From positions 868,001 through 932,000 of the forward strand of contig CDRNVI010000012.1 of the NCBI GenBank assembly GCA_977017575.1: a stretch of DNA of 64,000 bases, written 5' to 3'. The stretch is from Paramoeba atlantica (lineage: Eukaryota > Protista > Discosea). A program made the translations under genes and the position numbers. Every line of letters begins with the position of its first letter. The stretch's first letter is position 1. This document shows, piece by piece, positions 38,478 to 48,853 of this stretch. The notes beneath the pieces are model-generated. The model was not told the DNA's origin, ran no database searches, and saw only the letters and a program-made list of their open reading frames with translations.

Positions 38478-38801
38478 CTGTACCCCCTCTGTTTATAATA
38501 GCCTCGACCCCTCCCCCCCTTTATAGGTTCTTTTTTTTTGGCAAACCGAGGAATATTTTTTTTAATTTCTTGCACCGTCTTAAATGTTTTGATATTTTCA
38601 CATGGTTCTTCGAGGTATGGCGAGGGGTGGTGCTGGACATTTTACTTTGACAGAGCGCCGGGGCCCACTTAGCGATTGAATAATTACTGGTTCCTCGCTC
38701 CCAAATGTAGGGCGATTCCTGTGCCAACTTTTAATCGCCTTCCCCCCTTTATAGGTTCATTTGGGCAAAAGCGAGGCTATTATAAACGGGGGGGGGTACA
38801 G
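38478..38801. mobile_element. MITE-like element with ~29-bp TIRs (Tc1/mariner/Stowaway-like ends)
   Basis: ctgtaccccctctgtttataatagcctcg (38478-38506) versus cgaggctattataaacggggggggggtacag-type end (38772-38801); internal subterminal direct repeat cccccctttataggttc x2; TA next to the C/G runs. Confidence 0.75.
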
Positions 38802-38854
38802 AACTTAAACATCTTGAAATTCTTTAATATGCTTTCCTTTCGATCCTAAAAAGC

Positions 38855-39787
38855 ATGATTAAATTTCTTTTGGTAGCGTCCTCCGTCATCGGGGTTGATC
38901 CGCCATCAAAAAAAGGCAGGGTACATAGCTCATTGCTTCCTCAACAAATGCAGCTCTCCGGTTTCATTCGAAACCTGTCTAATATACCGGAATCATGGAC
39001 AGCAGAAAATGACATTTGTCAGTGGGACCACGTGGTGTGTGAGCAGAACACAGTACGGGAACTTAACTGGCAGCGAAGGATTTTTGGATTCGGAAGCACT
39101 ATGCCACTCAAGTTGCGGGGTAATATCTCATGGGAATATCTTCCACAAACGTTTCACGTTGTACGACTTGCCGAACAGGAGTTACAAGGGCAAATGAAAA
39201 GTGACCTTCCTCCCGAATTGCAACAGCTAATGATTAATGAAAATGACTTTTTGGGACCTCTGGATTACGATTTACTTCCTGAAACGATGAAACTATTCGT
39301 GATAAATGGTAACTATTTGGGCGGTAGCACGGATCTCGCTCATTTGCCACATGGGATGCAAAGGTTCGAAGTTTCCAGAAATAACATTAAGGGAACTATT
39401 TGCATGGCTCTTCTACCGCGCGGTTTAATGTGTCTCAATTTGAAGAAAAACAATTTTAGCGGCTTGATCCATTTATCGGAACTTCCGCGCATGCTTATGG
39501 TAATGTCCCTGGGGTGCAATAGATTCGAAGGAGATCTTGTATTAAAGAATCTACCACCTCTTATCAGTGATGTCGACTTAAGTGGAAATCAACTACGAGG
39601 GAAATTATTTTTGGAAGGTGTTCCAATGAAACTGAGTGTGTTACATCTTAACGGAAATCTTTTTACAGGAGTTGCGGATTTTCGTGGCCTTCCACATGGA
39701 CTCAGGAAGGTAACTATTGATCGTGTGGAAAGCTTAAAATTTATTCCCGATCCACCAAATTTTCCTGTTCAAATCACCAATGAATGA
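38855..39787 (+). CDS. LRR protein, paralogue 4
   Basis: Short hydrophobic leader, DP..KGRV...LLPQQ, SW...DICQW..VVC cap, ~8 LRRs. Confidence 0.9.
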   Translation: MIKFLLVASSVIGVDPPSKKGRVHSSLLPQQMQLSGFIRNLSNIPESWTAENDICQWDHVVCEQNTVRELNWQRRIFGFGSTMPLKLRGNISWEYLPQTFHVVRLAEQELQGQMKSDLPPELQQLMINENDFLGPLDYDLLPETMKLFVINGNYLGGSTDLAHLPHGMQRFEVSRNNIKGTICMALLPRGLMCLNLKKNNFSGLIHLSELPRMLMVMSLGCNRFEGDLVLKNLPPLISDVDLSGNQLRGKLFLEGVPMKLSVLHLNGNLFTGVADFRGLPHGLRKVTIDRVESLKFIPDPPNFPVQITNE

Positions 39788-40173
39788 GAACGTGACATAC
39801 AACTCTATTTGTACTGAACCGCGTATAGTTTGAGCCTCAGTACATATTGAAAATTTCGGTGAAATTTTTATTCTGTGTCTAAGATGGAGATGCCTTGAAA
39901 TGTAGACGACAATTGAAGATGATCTCAGAATTTCTGATATCATAAATGTTTCGCTTCGTACTTGTTTTCTACTATCTTGTATTCTGTGAACTCTGATTCC
40001 TTTTTCCCTAATTTTAGGTAGTTTCTGGTCCAATAACATTTATCTCCTTTTACATGTACATTTCTATGTACGTTTCGTACGTTTTAGTAGCTTATCAATA
40101 ACCTATAGGCCACTCCATCGCATAATGTAATGATCGATTAGTGCTACATATCTTTTCAAATTTTCTCGATTCT

Positions 40174-40974
40174 ATGCCAATTTTAAGTTCGTTGTTGTTC
40201 ACCCATGCCCACGCATTTTGTGTAGACCAACATTCAGGATACATGAAGGCTTCAAAAGTAAGGAGTACCAATCTTCCACTCGAATACTATCTTGAAAGAC
40301 TTGTTTCAAACATTGAGAATCCCCTTCCTTCATGGAATATATCTATTCCTGCCTGTGAGTGGCAAGGTGTAAGTTGCAAGGATAAAGAAGTACAAGCCTT
40401 AGAATGGCAAAAGATTAATATTGGGGGTCAGCTGAACTTCGCATCATTCAAATTCTTTCCTTTTTTGCAAAACATCGACATTGCATATACCTCTATCTCT
40501 GGTTCTATTACACTAGAATCTTTTCCTGAGAGTCTTGAACTGATGACTCTCGCGCGGAACTCTTTTTCCGGACATATTGAATTGGCTTCTCTTCCATCGA
40601 ATCTGCAAAAATGCAAGTTGTTTCACAACCAATTATCCGGAGAAATTGATTTAACCCGATTACCGTGCACAGTGGAAGTTTTATCCCTCCATGAAAACAT
40701 GTTTTCAGGGCCTGTAGATCTCACAAAGCTTTCTCCTAAAATGCGTCATCTGGTGCTTTCTGATAATAAATTTGAAGGCTCCATCGATGCGACTTCCTTC
40801 CCGGAATCTTTAGAACATTTCTGGATCGAAAAGAATCGGTTGTCCGGCATCGTAGATTTAAGGTTAGTTTCTCAAAAGTTGGTATTTTTTAATCTTTCTG
40901 GGAATTATTTCAAGGAATTCATCGGCCCAGGTCCTCCTTGTGCAACGCTCTACCCGCAGAATCCAGAATTGTAG
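40174..40974 (+). CDS. LRR protein, paralogue 5
   Basis: LPLEYYLERLVSNIENP..SWNI..PACEWQGVSC cap plus LRRs; ATG 40174. Confidence 0.9.
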   Translation: MPILSSLLFTHAHAFCVDQHSGYMKASKVRSTNLPLEYYLERLVSNIENPLPSWNISIPACEWQGVSCKDKEVQALEWQKINIGGQLNFASFKFFPFLQNIDIAYTSISGSITLESFPESLELMTLARNSFSGHIELASLPSNLQKCKLFHNQLSGEIDLTRLPCTVEVLSLHENMFSGPVDLTKLSPKMRHLVLSDNKFEGSIDATSFPESLEHFWIEKNRLSGIVDLRLVSQKLVFFNLSGNYFKEFIGPGPPCATLYPQNPEL

Positions 40975-41348
40975 CCTATAGTTCACGCTATGGATCAGAA
41001 ATTCTGCAATATATTATAAATTACGAATTGTTTACCAAAGATAATTGCTAAAAAATGAAAAGCTAAATCACTCTGTACATATTGTAGCTGTGGTATGTGC
41101 ATCATAAGAAGCGGTGGTTCTTCCAAAGTTCATTCAATTTTGGGGTAATTTGGCATTGTACGATTCTAAAAACTGATAAAAGGGTGGAGTTCTGAGCATG
41201 GTTTTACGCTATTAAGAGGGTTACAACCTCTTTTTATTTATCTCTAATCCACATTGCAGTATAGTACAAAGTTTTTAAGGCACAAAAACACAACTTTTGG
41301 TTTGTGAGTATTTCGGCGCGTTTGTAATTCATCTCAATTTCGTCTCAC

Positions 41349-42722
41349 ATGCATCGATCTATAGATGCCGAAGTTACTGCTGTTCTGAGCCAGCTCCGAA
41401 TCTTAAACGATGCGGATCGTAAATTTTTTATGTCCCTGTGGGAAGCCCGCGCGGAATCTGCTTTGCTAAAGGAGCTCACCACCGGCCATGAATCCACTGT
41501 CGCAAACTTTATGCTGCGAATCCTCACCACGATTCATACGGAGTCTGTACGAAAAGAGATTACCCGACTCTGTGCCATTCTCTGCCGTGAATCCACAAAA
41601 TTCTCCATTGCCTACGCCAACGCCATGCAAACCTCCCAATTTGTCGCCCAGAGCCTCCCCTCCGCCTCCGGAAGCACCCTCGTCTGTCTCGCCTACGCCC
41701 TCTGCCACAACGACACCCTCCAGAACTACGTCCCCAAATTCCTCCGCCTCACCAACGCCATGCTCCGCAAGACCTCCGAGGAGGACCCCCCGCCCCCCTC
41801 CGTGGTCCACGACACCCCCGCCCTCCTCAAGGCCCTCACCATCTTCCTCCGCAACCGCGCCCTGCGTGCCGCGTTCTGTGCCAACGACACCCCCGCCCGC
41901 CTCCCCCGCCTCATCACGCTCTACTGCGCCGGGGACTTCGCCGCGAACGCCCAGCTCGCCTACGACACGCTCTTCTGCTGCTGGGTCTGCCTCTACCAGC
42001 CCAGCGTGATTGCGCCCCTGGTCGCCCAGGAGCGCCTGATCCCGATCGTCCACGACGTGCTGCGCCGCGCGGCCCGGGAGAAGTGTGTCCGGGTCGCGCT
42101 CGCGGTGGTGGAGGTGCTGCTGCTGCAGCAGAGGCGGTACTCCTGGGGCACCCACCCCGGGCTGTCCGCGTTGAGTGGGATGAATGACGGCCGCGGGCCG
42201 TGTTTTGTGCAGGAGATGTGTGCGATTGGGCTGGTGAAGACGCTGGTGCGGTTGGAGAAGAGGACGTGGGAGGATGGGGATATTCCCGCACGGTTGGGGG
42301 AGATTATTAAGGAACTTACGATGAGTTTTGAGGCGATGACGACGTTTACGCAATATCAGGGGGAAATCCGAAGCCGGCATCTGGAGTGGACCCCGCCGCA
42401 CACAAGCGAGACGTTCTGGAAGGAAAACATTCATTGCTTTGAAGAGAACGAATTTGAAGTTGTGCAGGAGATTTATGAAATCCTTCGTACCTCGAAAAAT
42501 GAGCAATCGCTTGCCATAGCCTGTCATGACATTGGAGAGCTTGTTCGGTACCACCCACAAGGTAGAAAAGTGCTAAGTGCACCAATCTTACAAGGACTGG
42601 ACGAAAGCGTGCTAAATTTAATCACGCATGAGTCTCCCATGGTAAGTAGGCACGCACTGATGGCCACGCAAAAAATTTTAGTACAGAAGTGGCAGTACTT
42701 GGATGTCCAAGAAGTTAAGTAA
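41349..42722 (+). CDS. ATP6V1H: V-type proton ATPase subunit H
   Basis: REKCVRV, HLEWTPPH.SETFWKEN, F EEN, AIACHDIGELVRYHPQGR, V..HAL.A.QK. Confidence 0.93.
   Translation: MHRSIDAEVTAVLSQLRILNDADRKFFMSLWEARAESALLKELTTGHESTVANFMLRILTTIHTESVRKEITRLCAILCRESTKFSIAYANAMQTSQFVAQSLPSASGSTLVCLAYALCHNDTLQNYVPKFLRLTNAMLRKTSEEDPPPPSVVHDTPALLKALTIFLRNRALRAAFCANDTPARLPRLITLYCAGDFAANAQLAYDTLFCCWVCLYQPSVIAPLVAQERLIPIVHDVLRRAAREKCVRVALAVVEVLLLQQRRYSWGTHPGLSALSGMNDGRGPCFVQEMCAIGLVKTLVRLEKRTWEDGDIPARLGEIIKELTMSFEAMTTFTQYQGEIRSRHLEWTPPHTSETFWKENIHCFEENEFEVVQEIYEILRTSKNEQSLAIACHDIGELVRYHPQGRKVLSAPILQGLDESVLNLITHESPMVSRHALMATQKILVQKWQYLDVQEVK
41580..42380. other. C-rich to G-rich skew-switch island (switch ~42070)
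   Basis: Third positions almost all C at 41600-42000 and mostly G at 42100-42350; mixed usage outside. Confidence 0.9.
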
Positions 42723-42984
42723 ATAGTGTCAGCTTAAGTGAGAGTAACCTTTTATTGTTATGTCGTTAGACGTATCATGTATCATTTCACTACATGGGCA
42801 AAATGCTGCTTAACACGCTATCGATTTCCTTAAATACTCTAAAAGTAATCGTTAATACTTTGACTGTTTGTGCCAATAGAAAGGTATGATTGAAGGTACA
42901 TACTCTTTTATGATGTAGAGCAACATTTACTATATTTTTTTTTGTGTTTTTTTATCTAAAGCTTAGCTATCTTTAGCTTAGGTG

Positions 42985-44616
42985 ATGGCGGATATGACTT
43001 CTGATACGGCATGTAAAATAGCCTGCGAAGCACAAACAGGACACCCACAACCTTCGGAGGCCTTCCAAAATCTGCAAAACGCCTACGCCAAACAGCAACA
43101 ATCCTTGGTGACTTTGCATGAAATGCATTCCAAGCGTGTGAGCGATCTTCAACTCCAGATTCAACTACTGAAGCAGAAGGAGGAAGAGGCCGTGCAACGC
43201 GTCGAAGATGCCGATCAAGCGACCAAAGCAGCGGAGGCTAAGTTGGATCTGGTAACCTTGGAATTAAATATTCTAGTAGAAAATTCTCAACAGAAGGTGG
43301 TTGCACAAGAAAAAGAATATGAAACGAAGCTGACCTCATTGCACAGCTCGCTAGCAGAAGTTATACAAAAACAAAAATGCGAGATGGAAAGCGCGACAAA
43401 TAAATTGGAGAAAACCAGAATTGAATTAGTAAAGGCGAAAGCAGAAACTGTTAAGGTTCCCAAGCTTATAGCTGAGGCTGTGAACGAGGTAAATCTTTTG
43501 GCTTCGGTACATATACTTAATCTTGAAAAACAGATTCGCATTCTGTCGGAGGAAAAATCTGCGAACGATAACGAAAGAGAAGTGCTTCAAAAAAACCTCT
43601 TGGACCTTAGTAATAGAGTTTCTCAAAACGACAAACAGTGGCAAACTCAGGTGGAGAAACAGCAGAACGAAATACTGTCTAGTCGAATGCAATACGAAGA
43701 ACTGCAGGTTGTTAACCGTGCTCTTGAATGCCGAATTGAGGATATAAAAAATGGTGTATGCGAGGAGCATTGTGCTTCTATTGAGCAATTGAACGAACAA
43801 CTAGTGCGCGAACGTGAATTAAGGTGTACAACTGAAAATCTATATGAACAGCTGAAGGAAAAAGTATGCGTATCTGAGAAGCATTTCGAGGAGTACCAGA
43901 TGAAAGCCACGTTAGACATTAAACGGAATCGCGACTGTGCGTGGAAGAATGCCCTGCTAGTTGCTCAGGAAACAAAATCCTATAATGAACTCTTCGCAGC
44001 ATTACATGCTAAGCTAAACAGCGCGAATGCAGAAGCGGCGGCGACGCTATCCCTGCGAGATAGTACGATAGAACTTCTTCGTCAAGAGCTGATCAGCCTT
44101 CGAGGCAATATGGAAAATGGAATGACAGAACAACAGATATCTCAACAGGAAGAATTGGATCTTCTTCGAGATCAAATTACACAGTTACGCCAAGTGAAGA
44201 CACCACAAGACCTTCCAGCAAGCGTAAATAATGACGCAATCCGAATCGAGTCCATTGAACAAGAAAACGCGAGCCTAAAAATGCAGCTTCAAACATTACA
44301 AATCACTTTAGAAATGCAGCGATCCGAGCAGGAGATGATTAACAGTGAATTACGACAAGCACATGCCTCAGAAGTCGAAATCGTTCACAGAAATTCTACA
44401 GAAAAAGCTGAACAATCTTTTGAAATGTTGCAGAAATATCGTAACGAATCTCTGCAGGCTTCTGAAAATGCTTCACGGTTGGAGGCGAGAGTGAGAGAGT
44501 TGGAACAGGAATTGAAGTCCACAGTTTTAACTTTAAACAGGGCACGGGCCAAAGCTATTCTTCAAGAAAATTCGGAAAAAGCAGATGAAGAACCTTTGCA
44601 CTCTCGTAAAAGATAA
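42985..44616 (+). CDS. Hypothetical coiled-coil protein
   Basis: Heptad-like E/K/Q/L-rich sequence throughout. Confidence 0.75.
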   Translation: MADMTSDTACKIACEAQTGHPQPSEAFQNLQNAYAKQQQSLVTLHEMHSKRVSDLQLQIQLLKQKEEEAVQRVEDADQATKAAEAKLDLVTLELNILVENSQQKVVAQEKEYETKLTSLHSSLAEVIQKQKCEMESATNKLEKTRIELVKAKAETVKVPKLIAEAVNEVNLLASVHILNLEKQIRILSEEKSANDNEREVLQKNLLDLSNRVSQNDKQWQTQVEKQQNEILSSRMQYEELQVVNRALECRIEDIKNGVCEEHCASIEQLNEQLVRERELRCTTENLYEQLKEKVCVSEKHFEEYQMKATLDIKRNRDCAWKNALLVAQETKSYNELFAALHAKLNSANAEAAATLSLRDSTIELLRQELISLRGNMENGMTEQQISQQEELDLLRDQITQLRQVKTPQDLPASVNNDAIRIESIEQENASLKMQLQTLQITLEMQRSEQEMINSELRQAHASEVEIVHRNSTEKAEQSFEMLQKYRNESLQASENASRLEARVRELEQELKSTVLTLNRARAKAILQENSEKADEEPLHSRKR

Positions 44617-44975
44617 GAAAAATAGGGTATTTTAGCAAATTTTGCGAATCAAATATTCAGATAAGTTTCAAGTTATAGGAGACTTCAAAAATTAATGCGT
44701 AATGTAAATATTTCTTCCTGATTAGCCAATCCGTTTTATAGGACAATGTATGTTTGATACGTACCACACTATGCGTTATGTACGTATTACGTACGTGTTC
44801 TATACACCTATTAGATTTCTTTCACTGTTTCATAAAATTTAGCTTCTCGCCTTGTCACCACTCTTTACCTTGTCACAATACAAGCGCTTAGATCTAACAG
44901 GGAATACATGGTTTTTTAAAGAACCACGGATACAGTGTTGACAATCCTGTTGTGCTTCATCTGTGCCATTCTATA

Positions 44976-46238
44976 ATGTCGAGTTCACACTCACGTCGTG
45001 TTCAGCGGATACTACACATGGAATCCGGACAGGTTGGTGCCTCTCGAAATGATGATCTCACTCGTCACTACGCACGTCTCTTGTTAAGATTAATCTTTCC
45101 TGTAGTTATAACGATGGTAGGGGTGATCTGGTCCGTATGCTGCCTATCTGATGATCATCTCGCAGATGCTACAGCACTTCCTCTTCTTTTTGAAGAGGGT
45201 GAACACCTCTCTCATTCCACCAACGTTCGTGCGGGAACAATGAATGCGCTCATTCTCGTTGGTGTCATTGCTGCCGCCACGATTCTCATTGTTTTACTAT
45301 ACAAATGGGGTTGTAAACGTCTACTTTTCGCTTGGTTGCTTACAGGAGTCTTTTCTCTTTTGGGATTGCAAATGTGGTTATGGTTAGACCTACTCTGTGC
45401 TACCTATCGCATACCGTACGAAGCGCTAACTATGGCCTTTGTAGTCTGGAATCTAAGTCTGGTAGGAATACTTTCTATCTTTTTCGAAGGTCACCCATAC
45501 ATACGACAAGGTTACCTTATTGTTATTTCAATTATTCTGGGTTGGTTGTTGTGTAAACTGCCACAATGGACTACGTGGGCACTTCTACTATTAGTTGCCA
45601 TTTACGACATTTTAGCCGTGTGCTTACCGTACGGACCTTTGCGCCTCTTACTTCAGGAGATCGAACGCAGAGGGGAGGCGGTTCCTGGTTTGATATACGA
45701 ACCTCGTAGCGGGGTTGCCTATCAGGGCGACCTACAAGATCGTATCAATATTGAGGAAGAAAACATTGATGAGACCGTTACAAGCGGAAGCATAGTGGAT
45801 GTAACTGTGGGAGAGCAAACGTCAAACTCGTATTCAAACAATGGCTCCACTGAAGAGCTTTCTGCTTACCAACGCAATGAGGAAGTAACAATAATATCTC
45901 CAAGTGCGGAGAATTCCTCTTCAGTGTCTCAAGAAGCAACCGCTCAAGCTGCTACAAGTGGCACTTTCGAATTTCCAGCCAACTCTTTCGGACTTGGTTT
46001 AGGTGACTTCATTTTTTATTCTTTGCTTGTCGGACGTGCTGTTCGCACCTCTATGATATCTTGCATTTGTTGCATGGTGGCTACTGTAGTTGGCCTCTCA
46101 TGTACCCTACTCGGACTTATGTTCCTTAGGAAGCCTCTTCCAGCGTTACCCATTTCTGTTCTTCTAGGATGTGCATTCTATTTCTCGTCTCGTTTTCTAC
46201 TAGAGCCTAATATCCAGAAAAATATGTCTTGGCATTAA
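44976..46238 (+). CDS. PSEN: Presenilin (gamma-secretase catalytic subunit)
   Basis: YDILAV..PYGPLR, GLGLGDFIFYS, PALPIS. Confidence 0.95.
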   Translation: MSSSHSRRVQRILHMESGQVGASRNDDLTRHYARLLLRLIFPVVITMVGVIWSVCCLSDDHLADATALPLLFEEGEHLSHSTNVRAGTMNALILVGVIAAATILIVLLYKWGCKRLLFAWLLTGVFSLLGLQMWLWLDLLCATYRIPYEALTMAFVVWNLSLVGILSIFFEGHPYIRQGYLIVISIILGWLLCKLPQWTTWALLLLVAIYDILAVCLPYGPLRLLLQEIERRGEAVPGLIYEPRSGVAYQGDLQDRINIEEENIDETVTSGSIVDVTVGEQTSNSYSNNGSTEELSAYQRNEEVTIISPSAENSSSVSQEATAQAATSGTFEFPANSFGLGLGDFIFYSLLVGRAVRTSMISCICCMVATVVGLSCTLLGLMFLRKPLPALPISVLLGCAFYFSSRFLLEPNIQKNMSWH

Positions 46239-46632
46239 TCAATGACGGTAATCCGTACTTTGGTGCTGATCTACATGTATGACGTTCGTGGTGTAACGCT
46301 CGGCAGTATACTTGTCTTCATTAGACATCTCAATTGTATCACACACGGCAGGCGAGAAAAATTGCGGCCGAACAGATTCAATTTTTCCTGAGGTGCTGCG
46401 ACCAAAATGGTAGGTGACTTGATTGCCCGTGATCGATGCAAAGCTCAATGACCTCATATTGCTCCATACATTAGAGCGAAGCGACACGAGTCCACATTGT
46501 TCGAAGATTGCACCTTGTTCGAAGACTGCAAAGGATGTTGTATGTCATCAGCTAACCTTACTTTACTTTTGTTGTTCTATTCGCAATAATTTCATAAGGT
46601 CTAATGCCCTTTTTGCATAAACGGGGGCCCGG

Positions 46633-46702
46633 GATAACATACCTGTAACACGATAACATACCGGGGGGGTATGTTATCGTGAACAGGGGTGGATAACATA
46701 CC
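46633..46702. repeat. Array of four gataacatacc motifs including a perfect 14-bp inverted repeat
   Basis: Motif at 46633(+), 46652(+), 46668(-) and 46692(+); cacgataacatacc-ggggg-ggtatgttatcgtg. Confidence 0.9.
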
Positions 46703-46852
46703 CCCCCCTCTGGATTTTGGAACATCTCTACAAGACAACTTGTCGTTCTTACAACTTTATTTCTTATTACTAGAACGCTAAACATTTTCAAAAATTAGCA
46801 AAGAACATTGCTCCGGAAACTTTTCAACGAATAGCAATCGAATTCTTTCAGC

Positions 46853-48853
46853 ATGGTCGATACGACGTCGAAAAACCTTGACGCAACCGAAGTAGATGAC
46901 ATGTCCGCACACCTCAGTGAAGCAAAAATAGACTCACGATCAAGCACAAACAACGATGCGCAGCGAAAGCAAGACACTTCCTCCTCTCGACGTCCTCCCC
47001 CCATCGCGCTTCCCACGGAATCTCACGAGACAAAGCCCTCCGATGAAGCTTCTGGAACCAAGCTCGAGCCTCGTACCCCTGTAGCGGTGGACCTTCCCAA
47101 CAGTGCCTTGCAGAACGCACTTCCGTACCTTACACTGGAGGGTCTGCTCACCGCCCGATCCGTCTCCCGCAGCCTTCTACACGCCGTGCACGGACGCTAC
47201 CTCACTATGTACAACCAGGGCGTCGTGTTCCTCCACGCCCCTGAGGGGGGTTATGCCACCTACCTAACGTCAACCGACAATGCCCACCGCTGTCTAACCT
47301 GTGGAGGCCCACGGCCGGGAACCCATGCAGAACCCGGAGCGATGAAGTATAAGAACATGGAGAGTGTCCCGGAGACCTCCGCGCATCCTAGCGATACGTC
47401 GGCTGCGAAGGAAACGGACGGCGCGTCGTGTGTCGCGTGCGCTCCTCCCGCCTCCCGGCTGTTTGTCGGTCAGCTCCGCCGTCAGCATACCGCCGGGTCG
47501 ATTTTGTGGGCCCTCGCGATGGTCGCCCCTGAGGTGGCCATCGCCCACGTCGACAACCGCACCAACCGCGACACTGGCCGCGAGAAGGGGTGTTGCTGGA
47601 TCCACATTCCCTCCCGCTTCGAGTCCACCCTCCTCGGTCTCAACCGTCGCCTCCTGTTCGACATCAACCCCCACGGCGGCTCGCTCTCCCAAGGCGAGGG
47701 GTTCTGGCGCGTCCCGGACCACTTCGCCCGGGTCTCTGACCTCGAAGGCTTTGCCCTACGCCGGGTCGAACGCGACCTCCTCCTCCCACGCCGCCCCGTC
47801 GTCATCGAACGCGCCAACGGCTCCGGTGGCCGTGACCCCACCCGTGGACCCCGTGGCGGTCTCCACAACCTCCCCTCCCTCACCCGACACACCCCTCGTG
47901 AGTGTGCCCGAGCCACCCCTCTTAGTCTCCACCCCGCAACCGCTCCCCCACCCCCACCCCCTCACCCCCCGATGCCCCCCACAGGTCTCCATCCCTCCAC
48001 CCTCCCCGGTACCATGACAACCCCGATGCCCACCACAACCCACCGGGACACAACCACCACCACGACGACTCCTCACCCTACGGCTACGACTACCCTTCCC
48101 CCCCCCGTTGCCCCCTACCCCCCGACCTGCACCCCCACCGGCCCCTCCCCCCGGGCCCCCGCCCCCCCCCTCCCGCTCTTCCGCGTCCCCTCCGGCACCT
48201 GGGTCCCCTCCCCCGACGGCACCACGCTCGTCCACGTGGCCTGCGCGTGCGCGGAGTGCCAGGCGCTCCGGGTGCTGGGGAACGAGACCCCCGCGGCGTC
48301 CCCGGTGACCCCCACGGGGGCGGGGGCGCGCTGGCCCGGGGCGGACTCCCCCGCGAGGGTGCGGTACGGGTCGGGGATCGGGGCCGTACCCCATCCCCAC
48401 CCCCCGGGGATGCGGCGGAGTCACAGCGGGGTGATGGTACACCCGTACAACCCACAGGGTATGCCGCGGGGGGAGAGTGGGGAGGTGATGATGGGGAGTT
48501 CGGCATCGCTGGAGGGGGGGGCGTTGGTGGCGGGGGTGCATACCCCGCCGTATATGGTGATTACCCCGGAGCTGGGCGAGCTCTCCGGGATGGGAGGGGG
48601 GGGGATGATGGGACACTACCCGCCTCCGATGATGATGGCCCACCCCTCGGAGGAGATGTTGGCCTCGAGTGAGAATGTGACCCCGGCGCCGGTGCTGGTG
48701 GATCCCTCGGTGCCGTACCCTGTGAGTCCGTTGCTGGCGGGGTACCACCCGGGTGGGGGGTCTCCGGTGTTTACGGCCACGAATGTGGCGTTTGGTTCTC
48801 CGCAAGGTGTGCGTCACCGGGCACGGTCCGGTACTCCGCACAACCAGGGATAG
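46853..48853 (+). CDS. Putative F-box-like + divergent RRM-like protein with low-complexity tail
   Basis: LPNSALQNALPYLTLEGLLTARSVSR (F-box pattern); RLFVGQL...KGCCWIH...LLGLNRRLLFD (RRM-like RNP2/RNP1). Confidence 0.6.
   Translation: MVDTTSKNLDATEVDDMSAHLSEAKIDSRSSTNNDAQRKQDTSSSRRPPPIALPTESHETKPSDEASGTKLEPRTPVAVDLPNSALQNALPYLTLEGLLTARSVSRSLLHAVHGRYLTMYNQGVVFLHAPEGGYATYLTSTDNAHRCLTCGGPRPGTHAEPGAMKYKNMESVPETSAHPSDTSAAKETDGASCVACAPPASRLFVGQLRRQHTAGSILWALAMVAPEVAIAHVDNRTNRDTGREKGCCWIHIPSRFESTLLGLNRRLLFDINPHGGSLSQGEGFWRVPDHFARVSDLEGFALRRVERDLLLPRRPVVIERANGSGGRDPTRGPRGGLHNLPSLTRHTPRECARATPLSLHPATAPPPPPPHPPMPPTGLHPSTLPGTMTTPMPTTTHRDTTTTTTTPHPTATTTLPPPVAPYPPTCTPTGPSPRAPAPPLPLFRVPSGTWVPSPDGTTLVHVACACAECQALRVLGNETPAASPVTPTGAGARWPGADSPARVRYGSGIGAVPHPHPPGMRRSHSGVMVHPYNPQGMPRGESGEVMMGSSASLEGGALVAGVHTPPYMVITPELGELSGMGGGGMMGHYPPPMMMAHPSEEMLASSENVTPAPVLVDPSVPYPVSPLLAGYHPGGGSPVFTATNVAFGSPQGVRHRARSGTPHNQG
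46970..48850. other. C-rich to G-rich skew-switch island (switch ~48300)
   Basis: C-runs 47560-48220, G-runs 48320-48780. Confidence 0.9.

Noticed and set aside
46430-46560. Minus-strand LADDI as an RT YADD-like motif
   Set aside because: Isolated pentapeptide with no other RT motifs nearby
47294-48841. Many long overlapping ORFs on both strands in the GC islands (also 3153-4086, 17954-18732, 27412-28210, 41466-42560, 57734-58757, 63013-63869)
   Set aside because: C/G-run composition removes stop codons; translations are low-complexity shadows of the real + strand genes
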